From Patescibacteria group bacterium (GTDB taxonomy: Bacteria; Patescibacteriota; Minisyncoccia; Phycocordibacterales; CAIZLB01), in assembly GCA_040386515.1 (NCBI GenBank), contig JAZKFG010000005.1:9313-73312 (forward strand): a stretch of 64,000 nt of DNA, written 5' to 3'. Of this stretch, positions 19,005 to 29,517 are shown in pieces (within the stretch, counting starts at the first letter, position 1; the number at the start of each line of letters is the position of its first letter). The translations under genes and the position numbers were made by a program. Under the pieces are notes generated by a model. The model saw only the letters and a list, made by a program, of their open reading frames with translations, had not been told where the DNA came from and did not search any database.

Positions 19005-21695
19005 TTACTCGCCAACCTCAACTTTTTCCTTCTTTGCTTTAGCAGTCGCAAATGAACTTTTCTTCGTATCAAACTTTAGATTGCCTTCTTTATCCATATC
19101 AATTGTTACTTTAGCATTCTCTCGTAGACCTTCTGTAATCATCATCGAGGCAAGAGGTGTTAGAACTTTTGACTGAATCAATCGTCGTAGCGGTCGAGCA
19201 CCGTATTGTGGACTATACCCTTCTTTAGCAAGATAATCGTACACTGATGATTTGAACTCAAGGGTAATCTCTTTCTCAGCAAGCCGGGCGTGAACTTTCT
19301 GCACTTCAATGTCTACAATTTTTCGAATTGCTTCAGGACCAAGAACATCAAAGAGCACAATCTCATCAAGTCGGTTTAAGAATTCTGGCTTAAAGCTTTC
19401 TTTAAGTGCATCCATCACCTTATCTTTCATGCCATTATAGTTTTGCTTATCATCTTGTGAAGAGGCAAAACCAATATTTTGCATACGATCAATATATTGA
19501 GCACCAATGTTTGATGTCATGATAATAATTGTATTTTTAAAGTTCACTGTTCTTCCCTTTGAATCTGTCAGACGTCCGTTATCAAGAACCTGAAGTAAAA
19601 TGTTAAATATATCCGGATGAGCCTTTTCAATCTCATCGAACAGGATTACTGAATACGGTTTATGTTTAACTTTATCTACCAGTGTTCCACTATCTTCGTG
19701 ACCAACATATCCTGGTGGCGCTCCGATAATCTTAGACACCGTGTGACGCTCACTAAACTCTGACATATCTACTCTGATCAATGATTTCTCATCATCAAAC
19801 ATAAAGTTTGCCAATGCTTTTGTAAGTTCAGTCTTTCCTACTCCAGTTGGACCTAAGAATATAAATGAACCGATAGGTCGAAGCGGATCATGAATACCAA
19901 CTCGTGATCGCTTAATAGTATCAACTACTCGCTTTACGGCATCATCCTGCCCTATTACCTGGCCTTTAAGAACTTCTTCCATTCGCGCAAGCTTCAACAC
20001 TTCTTCTTCAAGCATGCTTGTAACAGGGATACCTGTCCATCGAGCAACAACCTGTGCGATATCAGCTTCATTGATTTCTTCTTTAAGAATTCTTTTTTCA
20101 GAATCCATTTTTCGAAGTTTTTTAAGCTTATTCTCAAGATCTTTTTCTAGGAATGGAAGTTTGCCGTATCGAATCTCTGCAGCCTTTGCAAGATCAGCCC
20201 GAGCTTCTGCTCGCTCTGCTTCTTGTCTCAATGTTTCCAATGTCTTTTTAATTTCTTTAATGGCATTGATAGCTTCTTTCTCACCAATCCATTTTGCTTC
20301 AACATCTTTAACGTCATCTTTAACATTGGCAATACTATTTTCAATATCGCGAATACGATCTTTAGTTACTTTGTTTTCAGGATCTTTTCGTAATGCCTCT
20401 CGCTCAATCTCAAGACGCATAATCTTTCTATGAGCATCTTCTACTACCTGAGGTTTATTTTCAAGAGAAATTTTCAGTGTTGAGGCAGCTTCATCAATAA
20501 GATCAACTGCCTTATCAGGAAGCTGTCTATCTGTAATATATCGACTTGATAGTTTTACTGCAGCAACAATTGCCTCATCGAGAATTCGCACTCCATGGAA
20601 TAATTCATACTTATCTTTAAGACCTCGTAGAATTGCAGTGGCATCTTCTATACTCGGCTCATCAACATATACAGGCTGGAATCGTCGCTGCATTGCAGGA
20701 TCTTTTTCAATATGTTTTTGATACTCTCGAAGTGTTGTAGCACCGATTGCTTTAAGTTCACCTCGTGAAAGTGCTGGCTTTAGCATGTTTGAAGCATCAA
20801 GAGATCCTTCTGCTCCACCTGCACCCATAATAGTATGAGTTTCATCGATGAAAATAAGAATTCGTCCGTCAGCTTTTTCAACTTCTTTTAAAATACTTTT
20901 TAGTCTGTCTTCAAATTCTCCTCTGTACTTTGTACCAGCAACCAAAGTTCCCATATCAAGAGAAAGTAATTCTTTGTCTTTCAAAGATTCTGGCACATCT
21001 CCCATAGCAATACGATTTGCTAATCCTTCTACGATTGCAGTCTTTCCAACTCCCGCTTCTCCGAGAAGTATTGGATTGTTTTTTGTTCTTCGTGAAAGAA
21101 TTTGTATTACTCTACTGATCTCTGCATCTCGTCCAATTACAGGATCAAGCTTATGCTCTCGAGCAAGTGCTGTTAAGTTACGAGTGTATTTCGCAAGAGC
21201 TTTTGTTTTCTTTTCACCTCCTTGTGCAGATGCTGTTCCTGAACCTTTTTGTGACTTCAAAGATTCAAGTGCTTTCATGCATGCTTCTTTATCTATTTTA
21301 AATTTTTCAATCAACTCTCGTGCTGGGTTTAATGAATCAAAAAAAGCAATGAACAAATGTTCAACTGATACAAAGTTATCTTTAGTCTGAGTAGCGACCA
21401 ATCCTGATGATTCTATAACCTGAGCAAGCTCTGGAGTAAGGAAAAGCTGGTACGCTGGACTTAATGTATTTGAAGATTCTCCGCCATCAATTGCCTCTAG
21501 GGCATTATCAAACATGAGGGGGTAATCAACCTCCAGTTTTTCAAGTAAAGTCACCACTAAAGAGTCTTCTTGATTTAACAAAGAAGCCAATAAGTGCATA
21601 GGCTGGACGTTGGTTTGTCCCCTTTCAATAGCAAGCTCGTGCGCTCGGCGAATCGCCTCTTTCGCACGTGTTGTAAAATGGTTTAGAGGTGGCAT
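19005..21695 (-). CDS. clpB: ClpB-type AAA+ chaperone
   Basis: Clp N-domain, two Walker A motifs (GEAGVGKT, GPTGVGKT), long M-domain, GAPPGYVG. Confidence 0.93.
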   Translation of the reverse strand: MPPLNHFTTRAKEAIRRAHELAIERGQTNVQPMHLLASLLNQEDSLVVTLLEKLEVDYPLMFDNALEAIDGGESSNTLSPAYQLFLTPELAQVIESSGLVATQTKDNFVSVEHLFIAFFDSLNPARELIEKFKIDKEACMKALESLKSQKGSGTASAQGGEKKTKALAKYTRNLTALAREHKLDPVIGRDAEISRVIQILSRRTKNNPILLGEAGVGKTAIVEGLANRIAMGDVPESLKDKELLSLDMGTLVAGTKYRGEFEDRLKSILKEVEKADGRILIFIDETHTIMGAGGAEGSLDASNMLKPALSRGELKAIGATTLREYQKHIEKDPAMQRRFQPVYVDEPSIEDATAILRGLKDKYELFHGVRILDEAIVAAVKLSSRYITDRQLPDKAVDLIDEAASTLKISLENKPQVVEDAHRKIMRLEIEREALRKDPENKVTKDRIRDIENSIANVKDDVKDVEAKWIGEKEAINAIKEIKKTLETLRQEAERAEARADLAKAAEIRYGKLPFLEKDLENKLKKLRKMDSEKRILKEEINEADIAQVVARWTGIPVTSMLEEEVLKLARMEEVLKGQVIGQDDAVKRVVDTIKRSRVGIHDPLRPIGSFIFLGPTGVGKTELTKALANFMFDDEKSLIRVDMSEFSERHTVSKIIGAPPGYVGHEDSGTLVDKVKHKPYSVILFDEIEKAHPDIFNILLQVLDNGRLTDSKGRTVNFKNTIIIMTSNIGAQYIDRMQNIGFASSQDDKQNYNGMKDKVMDALKESFKPEFLNRLDEIVLFDVLGPEAIRKIVDIEVQKVHARLAEKEITLEFKSSVYDYLAKEGYSPQYGARPLRRLIQSKVLTPLASMMITEGLRENAKVTIDMDKEGNLKFDTKKSSFATAKAKKEKVEVGE

Positions 21696-21742
21696 ATTTT
21701 GAGTATAACATGGGTGTCAAATTTTTGACCTTTTTAACACAA

Positions 21743-21773
21743 ATGTCACTCTTATATTATACAAGAGTGACAT
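21743..21773. promoter_or_regulatory. 11-bp inverted repeat upstream of clpB (operator-like)
   Basis: ATGTCACTCTT-N9-AAGAGTGACAT. Confidence 0.45.
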
Positions 21774-21809
21774 GAAGTATTTGTGAAGTTTTGAAATCAA
21801 ATTATTTCT

Positions 21810-23546
21810 TTATACTCTATCTTTAATTTCCTTTAGCAATTCTTCAATCATTTGATCAAGATGCACAGGATCTTTTTTACCATCTCTACCTTCAAGAGCC
21901 ATAAGCTCAGCTTCCATTTCCTTATCTCCAATCACTAGATTGTATGGAATTCGCTCTGTCTTTGATGCTCGAACTTTTTTACCAAGACTGTCTCCTGAAT
22001 CATCTAGCTCAACTCGTATGCCGGCTGCTTTCATTTTTGCATATACCGCATCTGCAAAATGAGCCTGTCTCTCACCTATTGGAATAATCTTAACTTGAAC
22101 CGGTGAAAGCCATACTGGAAAATGTCCGGCATAGTGTTCAATCATCACACTTAAGAATCTTTCAATAGAACCCATAATTGCAACGTGTAGCATTACAATA
22201 TCTTCTTTTTCTCCTTTTTCATTAATACAGAAAAGCTCAAATCTTTTTGGCATTACAAAGTCTAGCTGTATTGTTGCAACTTGATGATTTCGTCCGATTG
22301 CATCCTTTGCCATGAAGTCAATTTTAGGACCGTAAAATGCTGCTTCACCTGGACCATCAATACTTTTTGAAACATTCGATTCGATTACTTTTTTCAATGT
22401 ATCCTCAGCAATATCCCAGTTTTTCACATCTCCAAGATATTTTTCTGGAGTTTCAGGATCTCGTCGAGACAATCGAGGAACAATTTGATTAAATCCAAAA
22501 GTAGAATAAAAATCAAAGATAATTTTCCACACACTTTTAATCTCTTCATCAATCTGATTCACTCGGCAGAATACGTGGGCATCGTCTTGTGTAATACAAA
22601 GCACTCGTGAAAGTCCTGACAATTCTCCTGACTGCTCATCTCTATATACTGCTGTTGTCTCACAATATCTCTGCGGCATATCTCTATAACTTCGCATCTG
22701 TGAATCGAAAATCTGTGTATGGTGCGGACAGTTCATCGGCTTCATAACATACTCGTGATTTTCTCTTGTTGTAATTTTAAACAAGTCATCTTTATATTTA
22801 TCCCAATGACCTGACTTCTGATACAACTCTTTTTTAGTAATGTGAGGAATTGAAACTTTCTGATATCCATATTTTGATCGAAGCTCCATAACATAATCAT
22901 TTAAAAGCTCTCGAAGAATTGTTCCCTTTGGAGTCCACAGTGGTAGTCCAGGTCCAACAAGCTCAGAAAATGTAAACAACCCCATTTCTTTTCCAAGCTT
23001 CTTATGATCTCTCTTCTTCGCCTCTTCAAGATTGAATATATATGTATCCAATTCATCTTTTGTAGAAAATGCCAAACCGTAAATTCGTGTAAGCATTTTA
23101 TTTTTCTCATCCCCTCTCCAATATGCTCCAGCAATTCGAGTAATTTTAAAACTCTCTGGATCAATAATTTTCATGCTTGATACATGACCACCTCGGCAAA
23201 GATCAGTAAAATCACCTGATGTATATAGAGTGATTTCTTCACCTCGAGAAACAATACCTTCAATAAGCTCAAGTTTGTATGGATTACCTGCAAATATTTC
23301 CCGTGCTTCATCAGCTGAAACTGTTCGCGCAATAAAACCATCCCATATTGGCAAAAGATTTTTCATAACGGCCTCAATCTTAGGAAGATCCTCCTCCGTA
23401 ACCTTAGCCATATCAATATCATAGTAAAAACCATCATCCACAGCAGGACCTAGGGTAATCTGTGCGGTTGGATATAGCTTTAAAACGGCCGCACCAAGAA
23501 GGTGTGCCAATGAATGTCTAATATGTTCTATTGGTTCTGTATTCAT
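21810..23546 (-). CDS. thrS: Threonine--tRNA ligase lacking the TGS domain (start 23546 or 23555)
   Basis: HSLAHLL, DLCRGGH, GAYWRGD, KPMNCP, AAFYGPKID. Confidence 0.97.
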   Translation of the reverse strand: MNTEPIEHIRHSLAHLLGAAVLKLYPTAQITLGPAVDDGFYYDIDMAKVTEEDLPKIEAVMKNLLPIWDGFIARTVSADEAREIFAGNPYKLELIEGIVSRGEEITLYTSGDFTDLCRGGHVSSMKIIDPESFKITRIAGAYWRGDEKNKMLTRIYGLAFSTKDELDTYIFNLEEAKKRDHKKLGKEMGLFTFSELVGPGLPLWTPKGTILRELLNDYVMELRSKYGYQKVSIPHITKKELYQKSGHWDKYKDDLFKITTRENHEYVMKPMNCPHHTQIFDSQMRSYRDMPQRYCETTAVYRDEQSGELSGLSRVLCITQDDAHVFCRVNQIDEEIKSVWKIIFDFYSTFGFNQIVPRLSRRDPETPEKYLGDVKNWDIAEDTLKKVIESNVSKSIDGPGEAAFYGPKIDFMAKDAIGRNHQVATIQLDFVMPKRFELFCINEKGEKEDIVMLHVAIMGSIERFLSVMIEHYAGHFPVWLSPVQVKIIPIGERQAHFADAVYAKMKAAGIRVELDDSGDSLGKKVRASKTERIPYNLVIGDKEMEAELMALEGRDGKKDPVHLDQMIEELLKEIKDRV

Positions 23547-23599
23547 ATTTTCCATGGTAGCACGGAGTTAGCACATGGTTCAATGAGTATGCAAACCCC

Positions 23600-23887
23600 C
23601 TAAAGCTTCTTTGCTCTGGGATTGTAGTAATATTTTACATATAGAAACCCAACAAGAAAAAATAAGATGATTTCAAATGGAGTGTTTGAATTCAAGAAAC
23701 TACTTCTTCCAGTACCAGAGGATGGTTTATGATACATAAATATAAATTCAAAATATTTATTGTGTATTTGAAATGTTGATTGAATATATATCAAAAGAAT
23801 CCCAACAGCATACACGAGAATCAACCAAGTTGCTGCAATAAAAATCATATTCTTAAACATTAAAACTCCTTTTTGCTGATTTTTCAT
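23600..23887 (-). CDS. Small two-TM membrane protein
   Basis: Two hydrophobic helices; TGA-TATACT 6 nt upstream of ATG. Confidence 0.6.
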   Translation of the reverse strand: MKNQQKGVLMFKNMIFIAATWLILVYAVGILLIYIQSTFQIHNKYFEFIFMYHKPSSGTGRSSFLNSNTPFEIILFFLVGFLYVKYYYNPRAKKL

Positions 23888-23926
23888 ATTTATAGTATAT
23901 CAAAATTAATATGCTAAACTAAATAT

Positions 23927-24175
23927 ATGGATCAAAACAACCCAATCAAAAAAACAGATGATCAATCAGATATTAACAAAACAGATATTATATTAACTGA
24001 TGATGCCATTGAAGAACTCTTGCCTACTGAGGAAGAATTAGCTCTTGAAAAAGACCCTATGACAGAGGCTCAAGCTGAAGAAGAAGTAGGTGCGGACGAA
24101 CCTGTTGAAGAAGGAGGTCAGGTTAATTTCAATGAGGAAGATGAAGAGGATGACAAGCAAAAATCTATCAGTTAG
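23927..24175 (+). CDS. Small, highly acidic hypothetical protein
   Basis: Very D/E-rich 82 aa; TGC-TAAACT 6 nt upstream of ATG. Confidence 0.65.
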   Translation: MDQNNPIKKTDDQSDINKTDIILTDDAIEELLPTEEELALEKDPMTEAQAEEEVGADEPVEEGGQVNFNEEDEEDDKQKSIS

Positions 24176-24190
24176 TATACACTGTCCCGT

Positions 24191-25258
24191 ATGAGTGTTC
24201 TCAGAAAAACACATGAAATAATCGACGATTTGCTTTCGGCAATCGATAGTGCACAGAATGAAATTCTGCTGCAGATTTTTTATATTGATAATGATGAAGT
24301 CTTTTCTCGCTTTGTTGAGAAAATGATTGAAAAGTCTATTGCAGGCATTAGAGTATATTGTTTGGTTGATGCATTAGGTGCAGGACAACTCGCAGTTCGA
24401 GGTGTTGAAAAGCGACTGAAGGATGCGGGTGTGCGTGTTGAATATTTTAACTGGCTTACTCCTTGGAAGCGAGGTAATAAAAAGTTTTGGTATTTTAGAA
24501 ATCATAAAAGATCTCTGATTATAGATAACAAAGTAATGCATCTTGGAGGATGGTGTATTGGTGAGAAAACCCAAGACTGGATTGAGGCACATATTGTCAC
24601 TCGCGACATTGATGCTGTTCAAGCTGGAGCCACTGACTTTTGGAATATGTATAAGTATTCTCACAAAACCCAGCTCAAGTTTTCGCATCAGAAAAAGTTT
24701 TTATATACTTCTAGTTCTAATATTGCGTATACCTATCAGGCTCCTCTTTTGAAATCTCGCTTCATTTACTACACGCATAAAAAGCTTGTTCAAAATACTC
24801 AAAATCGCATTGTACTTATAACTCCATATTTCTCCCCTATTCACGGATTAATTCACGCAGGATATGAGGCTCGAAAAAGAGGCGTGTCTATTGATATTTA
24901 CATACCAGAAAAAACAGATCACCATTTTGTAGATCTTGTTGCCAAAACATATATTCATAAATTATTGAAAGCCGGAGCAAATGTATATCTTTCGAAAACA
25001 ATGATTCATGCAAAAGTGTGTTTGTTTGATAACACTGCATATATTGGAACCATGAACCTTGATACTATTTCTCTTCGATACAATTTTGAAAATGGATTAT
25101 TCACTCGTCAAAAAGAAACTATTACCGAACTCGAGCAGGACTTGATTATCCTTCAAAGTCAGTGTGAGAAAATAGATTTAGTTGAATGGGAAAAAAGAAT
25201 GACGTGGTTTCAAAAGCTTTTAGGAAGAGTTATGAAAGTGTTGAGACCTTTTGTATAA
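24191..25258 (+). CDS. Cardiolipin synthase-like phospholipase D (ClsB-like, no N-terminal TM)
   Basis: Two PLD motifs: RNHKRSLIID and IHAKVCLFD; TPYF; S...NFE. Confidence 0.88.
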   Translation: MSVLRKTHEIIDDLLSAIDSAQNEILLQIFYIDNDEVFSRFVEKMIEKSIAGIRVYCLVDALGAGQLAVRGVEKRLKDAGVRVEYFNWLTPWKRGNKKFWYFRNHKRSLIIDNKVMHLGGWCIGEKTQDWIEAHIVTRDIDAVQAGATDFWNMYKYSHKTQLKFSHQKKFLYTSSSNIAYTYQAPLLKSRFIYYTHKKLVQNTQNRIVLITPYFSPIHGLIHAGYEARKRGVSIDIYIPEKTDHHFVDLVAKTYIHKLLKAGANVYLSKTMIHAKVCLFDNTAYIGTMNLDTISLRYNFENGLFTRQKETITELEQDLIILQSQCEKIDLVEWEKRMTWFQKLLGRVMKVLRPFV

Positions 25259-26459
25259 CCTGAACAATCTTTCTTACATGTTTCCATGTTGTTCCTTGTC
25301 CCAAACTGATTCTAAGACTTGACCCTCCGCAATCTTTCCCGAGTGCGTCTACCACAAAAGACCTAGATTCTTCTTGTGAATTTTGACATGCGGTTACTGC
25401 TGACACTTCTACTCCTGCAACGTCAGCTTGAAATACTGCAAATTCAGAATCAATTCCAGGAATGCAAATATTAATATTATTTACAATTCGTGAATCTCGC
25501 TCAAGCGAACCATTTACAAAAACATGTTCTGGCAAATTGCTGAATATAAATTCTTGCATTGGAGCAATTCTTTTTACTTCGCTTTCTCTTTTTTTGAAAA
25601 CATTTTTCAAAGCTAAAGCAAATCCAGCAATGCTTGGAAGATTTTCTGTGCCTGCGCGCAATTCCATCTCCTGTCCACCACCTTTATATATTGATGAAAT
25701 CTTTGTTCCTCGTTTTACATACAAACATCCAATTCCTCGTGGACCGTATATTTTTCCTCCGTCTAGCGTAAGTAAATCAACTCCGAGTTTGTCAATTGGC
25801 ATGTCAAGATAACATGGTGCCTGACATGCATCAGTATGAAAATATGGATAGGCGCTTTCAGAATTCTTTCTATACCCTCTTACCATTCGAGCAATATCTT
25901 TAAGAGGTTGAATTGTTCCGATTTCATTATTTACAAGCATTATAGAAACGAGAATAATATTTTTCTCTGTTTCAAAAACTTTTTTCAATTCAGACAAGTC
26001 AACAACTCCTTCTGCATCTACAGATACAAAACTTGCAGAAACTTTCCCTTTCTTAACTAAGCTCTCAACAACTTTTTTAACCGCAGGATGTTCTATGACA
26101 GAAGTGACAATATGCGGAATAACAGAATTGGTCTCATACCAAGCCTCTACCACCCCAAGAATTGCCATATTGTTTGACTCTGTTCCGCTTCCTGTAAAGA
26201 AAATCTCATCAGAATGGACACTGTTGGCCGATGTACCTGACAGGAGCATTGAAACCTCTTTTCGGCTACTTTCGAGCATTTTCTTAGCTTGTACTGCCGA
26301 TCCGTACAATGCTCCTGGGTTTTTGTCGTAATTCTTATAGATATTAGACATTAACGATAAAACATTGTCACTTATGGGTGTGAGAGTCGCGTAGTCAGCG
26401 TAAATCTTTTTTGAAGGCCGTTTTGACGGCCGAAATGGGTAAAAAATCCTTGAAAACAT
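25230..26459 (-). CDS. iscS: Cysteine desulfurase (IscS/NifS family; start probably ATG 26459)
   Basis: YADYATLTP, GSGTESNN, EHPAV, NNEIGTIQP, HTDACQ, KIYGP, RAGTEN, TAC. Confidence 0.88.
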   Translation of the reverse strand: MFSRIFYPFRPSKRPSKKIYADYATLTPISDNVLSLMSNIYKNYDKNPGALYGSAVQAKKMLESSRKEVSMLLSGTSANSVHSDEIFFTGSGTESNNMAILGVVEAWYETNSVIPHIVTSVIEHPAVKKVVESLVKKGKVSASFVSVDAEGVVDLSELKKVFETEKNIILVSIMLVNNEIGTIQPLKDIARMVRGYRKNSESAYPYFHTDACQAPCYLDMPIDKLGVDLLTLDGGKIYGPRGIGCLYVKRGTKISSIYKGGGQEMELRAGTENLPSIAGFALALKNVFKKRESEVKRIAPMQEFIFSNLPEHVFVNGSLERDSRIVNNINICIPGIDSEFAVFQADVAGVEVSAVTACQNSQEESRSFVVDALGKDCGGSSLRISLGQGTTWKHVRKIVQVIQKVSTLS

Positions 26460-26496
26460 TGTGTTTTTTCTATAAATGTGTATTATAATGTATACC

Positions 26497-28776
26497 ATGA
26501 CAGTCAATAATAATCCACAGTCAGAAGATGATTCATTCGGAGGAGCCTTCGGTGGTGCTTTTGGTGGAGCGTTCGAAGTTAAGTTCAATAGTGATGGATC
26601 CACGTCTAAAGTAGCAGCAACAGAGAAAGAAGAAGCTCCTGTTAAGAAAACTGCTCGAAAAACAAAAAAAGATGAGGTTGTTATCGTTAAAAAAGAAGTT
26701 CGGACATCTTCGCGAACATTTGCTGCAGCTGATAGAGTTGCTCCTGCCCCAAAACCTAGTCAATCAACATCCGGAGATTCGTGGATGAAGGATTTTCCAT
26801 TTACATATGAAAAAAATAAGCCGGCAGCAGCACCTGAAACAACAGCCCCTGTTGCACAAACTCCAGCACCTCAAGTTGCCCCAGAGCCAGTTCGAGTTAC
26901 TCCAACATACGTTTCTTCTCCTGCCCCAACTCCATTTAAATCTAAAATAATCACACCAGAAGAAAAAAAGAAAAATCTAGAAGCCGCAGCTGCTGCAGCA
27001 CCTATAGCAAAAGCAGCAAGTGATGACCGAGGTACTGCATTTGCAAAAACATTCCTTAAAGGATCAGGTATAAAACATAAACCGCGTCCGACAACATCTG
27101 GACCAAGTACATACAAACCATCCGGACCGTCAAGACCTTACTACGAACCACGAGTACGAAGAACTAAAGTTAAAAACGCTCCGACACTTAAAACTCGAAT
27201 TAGTGGAAAATCAAATCAAAATGTTCTTGAAGTTAAAAAGCATATTGGTGCTGATGTAAAAGCCAAAGCTCCGGTTGTAGTAATCATGGGTCACGTTGAT
27301 CACGGAAAATCAACATTGCTTGATTATATTCGAAGTGCAAATACTGCAGATCGAGAGGTTGGAGGTATTACACAAAAGATGTCTGCATACGAAATAGTTC
27401 ACAATGGCAATCCAATTACTTTTTTGGATACACCAGGACACGAAGCATTTAACTCTATGAGAACACGAGGTGCACGAGCAGCAGATATTGCAGTGCTTGT
27501 TGTATCAGCAGAAGATGGCGTAAAACCTCAGACACTTGATGCGCTTGCCTCTATTCAAGAAGCTGGTGTTCCCTTTTGTATTGGGGCAAGTAAAATAGAC
27601 AGAGAAGGAGCTGATATTGAAAAGACAAAACAATCTCTTGCAGAAAATAGTATTTTCGTTGAAGGATACGGTGGAGATATTTCTATTATTCCTTTTTCAG
27701 GAAAGACAGGAAAAGGAGTTGATGATCTTTTGGATATGATTTTACTTATGGCTGAAGTTGCAGATCTTACAGCTGAGTATGATGTTCCGGCAGAATGTCT
27801 TGTTATCGAATCAGGACGAGATAAAGTTAGAGGAATTCACGCAACACTTATTGTAAAAAACGGAGAGCTTGTTACTGGATCATTTTTAGTATCAGGAGGC
27901 GAGATTTCACCAGTGCGAATTATGGAAAATTATGAAGGAAAAGCAATTAAGAAAGCTATTCCAGGACAGCCTGTACGAATTGTAGGATGGACTGATGCAC
28001 CTCAGGTTGGTGACATGTGTATTATGTGTCGAGACAAAGAGTCAGCAGAAGTTCTTGCAGCAGAACAAAAAGAGTTGCTAGCCCTTGGTGCAGAAATGGA
28101 TGGAACAAATAAGACAAAGCCAAATCCTCAAGTAAACATTCGAGCAATGTATGGTCTTGAAAAAGATGATACATGGACACTTCCCCTTGTACTTAAGGCA
28201 GACAGTGTTGGAACCCTTGATGCAGTAAAGCAAGAGATCGCAAAGATTCAGCTTGATCGAATTATTGTTCGAGTTATTCGAGCAGAGACTGGAGATATTA
28301 ATGAAAATGATATTAAGCTCGCACAAGGCAGTAAGGATTCTATAGTTCTTGGCTACAATACAAAAATTGATGCACAAGCTCGACGTGTTGCCGAAACTCA
28401 GAAAACCACAGTTGAAACATTTGATATTATTTACAAGCTTACAGAATGGGTTACCGAAGAAGCAAAGAAGCGAGCACCTAAAGTTACAAGTGAAGAATCT
28501 CATGGTCAGCTTAAAGTTCTTAAGACATTTAGTATTAATAAGAACAAGCAAGTTATGGGAGGAAAAGTTGAAACTGGAAAACTATCTCTCGGTGATACTG
28601 TTAAAATTCTTCGACGAGACAATGAAATTGGTCAAGGAACAATTGTTGAATTGCAGCAAATGCGAGCTGCAGTTAAAAGCGTTGAGGCTGAAAATGAATG
28701 TGGACTTATGGTTGAATCAAAAATAGAAATTGTAAGTGGAGACGTTCTCTCAGCTGTATCGATTGTAGAAAGATAA
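26497..28776 (+). CDS. infB: Translation initiation factor IF-2 (start probably ATG 26497)
   Basis: [22 protein letters not shown]; rbfA follows. Confidence 0.96.
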   Translation: MTVNNNPQSEDDSFGGAFGGAFGGAFEVKFNSDGSTSKVAATEKEEAPVKKTARKTKKDEVVIVKKEVRTSSRTFAAADRVAPAPKPSQSTSGDSWMKDFPFTYEKNKPAAAPETTAPVAQTPAPQVAPEPVRVTPTYVSSPAPTPFKSKIITPEEKKKNLEAAAAAAPIAKAASDDRGTAFAKTFLKGSGIKHKPRPTTSGPSTYKPSGPSRPYYEPRVRRTKVKNAPTLKTRISGKSNQNVLEVKKHIGADVKAKAPVVVIMGHVDHGKSTLLDYIRSANTADREVGGITQKMSAYEIVHNGNPITFLDTPGHEAFNSMRTRGARAADIAVLVVSAEDGVKPQTLDALASIQEAGVPFCIGASKIDREGADIEKTKQSLAENSIFVEGYGGDISIIPFSGKTGKGVDDLLDMILLMAEVADLTAEYDVPAECLVIESGRDKVRGIHATLIVKNGELVTGSFLVSGGEISPVRIMENYEGKAIKKAIPGQPVRIVGWTDAPQVGDMCIMCRDKESAEVLAAEQKELLALGAEMDGTNKTKPNPQVNIRAMYGLEKDDTWTLPLVLKADSVGTLDAVKQEIAKIQLDRIIVRVIRAETGDINENDIKLAQGSKDSIVLGYNTKIDAQARRVAETQKTTVETFDIIYKLTEWVTEEAKKRAPKVTSEESHGQLKVLKTFSINKNKQVMGGKVETGKLSLGDTVKILRRDNEIGQGTIVELQQMRAAVKSVEAENECGLMVESKIEIVSGDVLSAVSIVER

Positions 28777-28787
28777 ATAATATACCT

Positions 28788-29129
28788 ATGAAAAAAACAA
28801 ACAACATACGAAGTAAAGAAGTAACACGAGGACGAGGAACATCAATTGTACGAAAGTTAGTTGATGAGTATATTACTCGTAACTCAGGAGGTCAGTCATT
28901 GATTACAGTAACATCTATTGAACAAGCAGATAGAAGTAATAATGTACTTATTCGAGTAAGCGTTCTTCCTGAAACTCAAGAAAATGCAGTGGTTGATTTT
29001 CTTGAAAGAAATGCATCTGATATGCGAAATTATATCAAAGAAAATTCACGATTAGGCATGCTCCCTTTCCTTTCTTTTGAAATTGATAAGGGTGAAAAAC
29101 ACCGACAAAGTATTTTTGAGATTATATAG
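28788..29129 (+). CDS. rbfA: Ribosome-binding factor A
   Basis: ITVT...V.VSV...P.LSFEID pattern and position after infB. Confidence 0.85.
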   Translation: MKKTNNIRSKEVTRGRGTSIVRKLVDEYITRNSGGQSLITVTSIEQADRSNNVLIRVSVLPETQENAVVDFLERNASDMRNYIKENSRLGMLPFLSFEIDKGEKHRQSIFEII

Positions 29130-29166
29130 TTTCGTGCTATATTGGGTGAAGCTGTAGTGTTTATAG

Positions 29167-29241
29167 GGCGCAGTGGCGAAGTGGTTTAACGCGGCAGTTT
29201 GCAAAACTGATATTTCGCCGGTTCAAATCCGGCCTGCGCCT
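29167..29241 (+). tRNA. tRNA-Cys (GCA)
   Basis: GGCGCAG/CTGCGCC, loop TTGCAAA, GCCGG-TTCAAAT-CCGGC, U discriminator. Confidence 0.94.
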
Positions 29242-29260
29242 CCTGTTGGATAAAATAGTC

Positions 29261-29343
29261 GCCTTGGTGGTGGAATGGTAGACACGAGAGACTTAAAATC
29301 TCTTAGCAGCAATGCTGTGCGGGTTCGAGTCCCGCCCGAGGCA
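29261..29343 (+). tRNA. tRNA-Leu (TAA)
   Basis: GCCTTGG/CCGAGGC, AGAGA-CTTAAAA-TCTCT, long variable arm, GCGGG-TTCGAGT-CCCGC. Confidence 0.96.
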
Positions 29344-29351
29344 CATAACAA

Positions 29352-29379
29352 GAAAGAGTATCCGAAAGGATACTCTTTC
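29352..29379 (+). terminator. Hairpin terminator after the tRNA pair
   Basis: GAAAGAGTATCC-GAAA-GGATACTCTTTC perfect 12-bp stem. Confidence 0.8.
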
Positions 29380-29386
29380 CATATTA

Positions 29387-29501
29387 GCCGAGGGAAAAGT
29401 CTGTAAGACTTTTAGGGATTCGAAAAGCTTTACGATGTTTGTGAGGACCTCTGGTCCGAATCAAACCGTAAAGGTGTACTGAAGCTGTAAGCTTCGAGTC
29501 C
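29387..29501. repeat. tRNA-3'-end-templated structured element, copy 1 (tRNA-Leu)
   Basis: Shares TCGAAAAGCTTT...AAAGGTGTACTGA...CTGTAAG with 59338-59464; stems covary. Confidence 0.8.
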
Positions 29502-29517
29502 ATGTTATACTCTTCAT

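Noticed and set aside
26460-26603. Head-to-head overlap of iscS and infB with a (PPKA)n N-terminus
   Set aside because: It is the antisense reading of the IF2 FGGA repeat; starts at 26459 and 26497 remove the overlap.
29387-29501. Hammerhead or HDV-like (theta) ribozyme identity for the tRNA-linked element
   Set aside because: No CUGANGA core in either copy, and a terminator separates the element from the tRNA 3' end.
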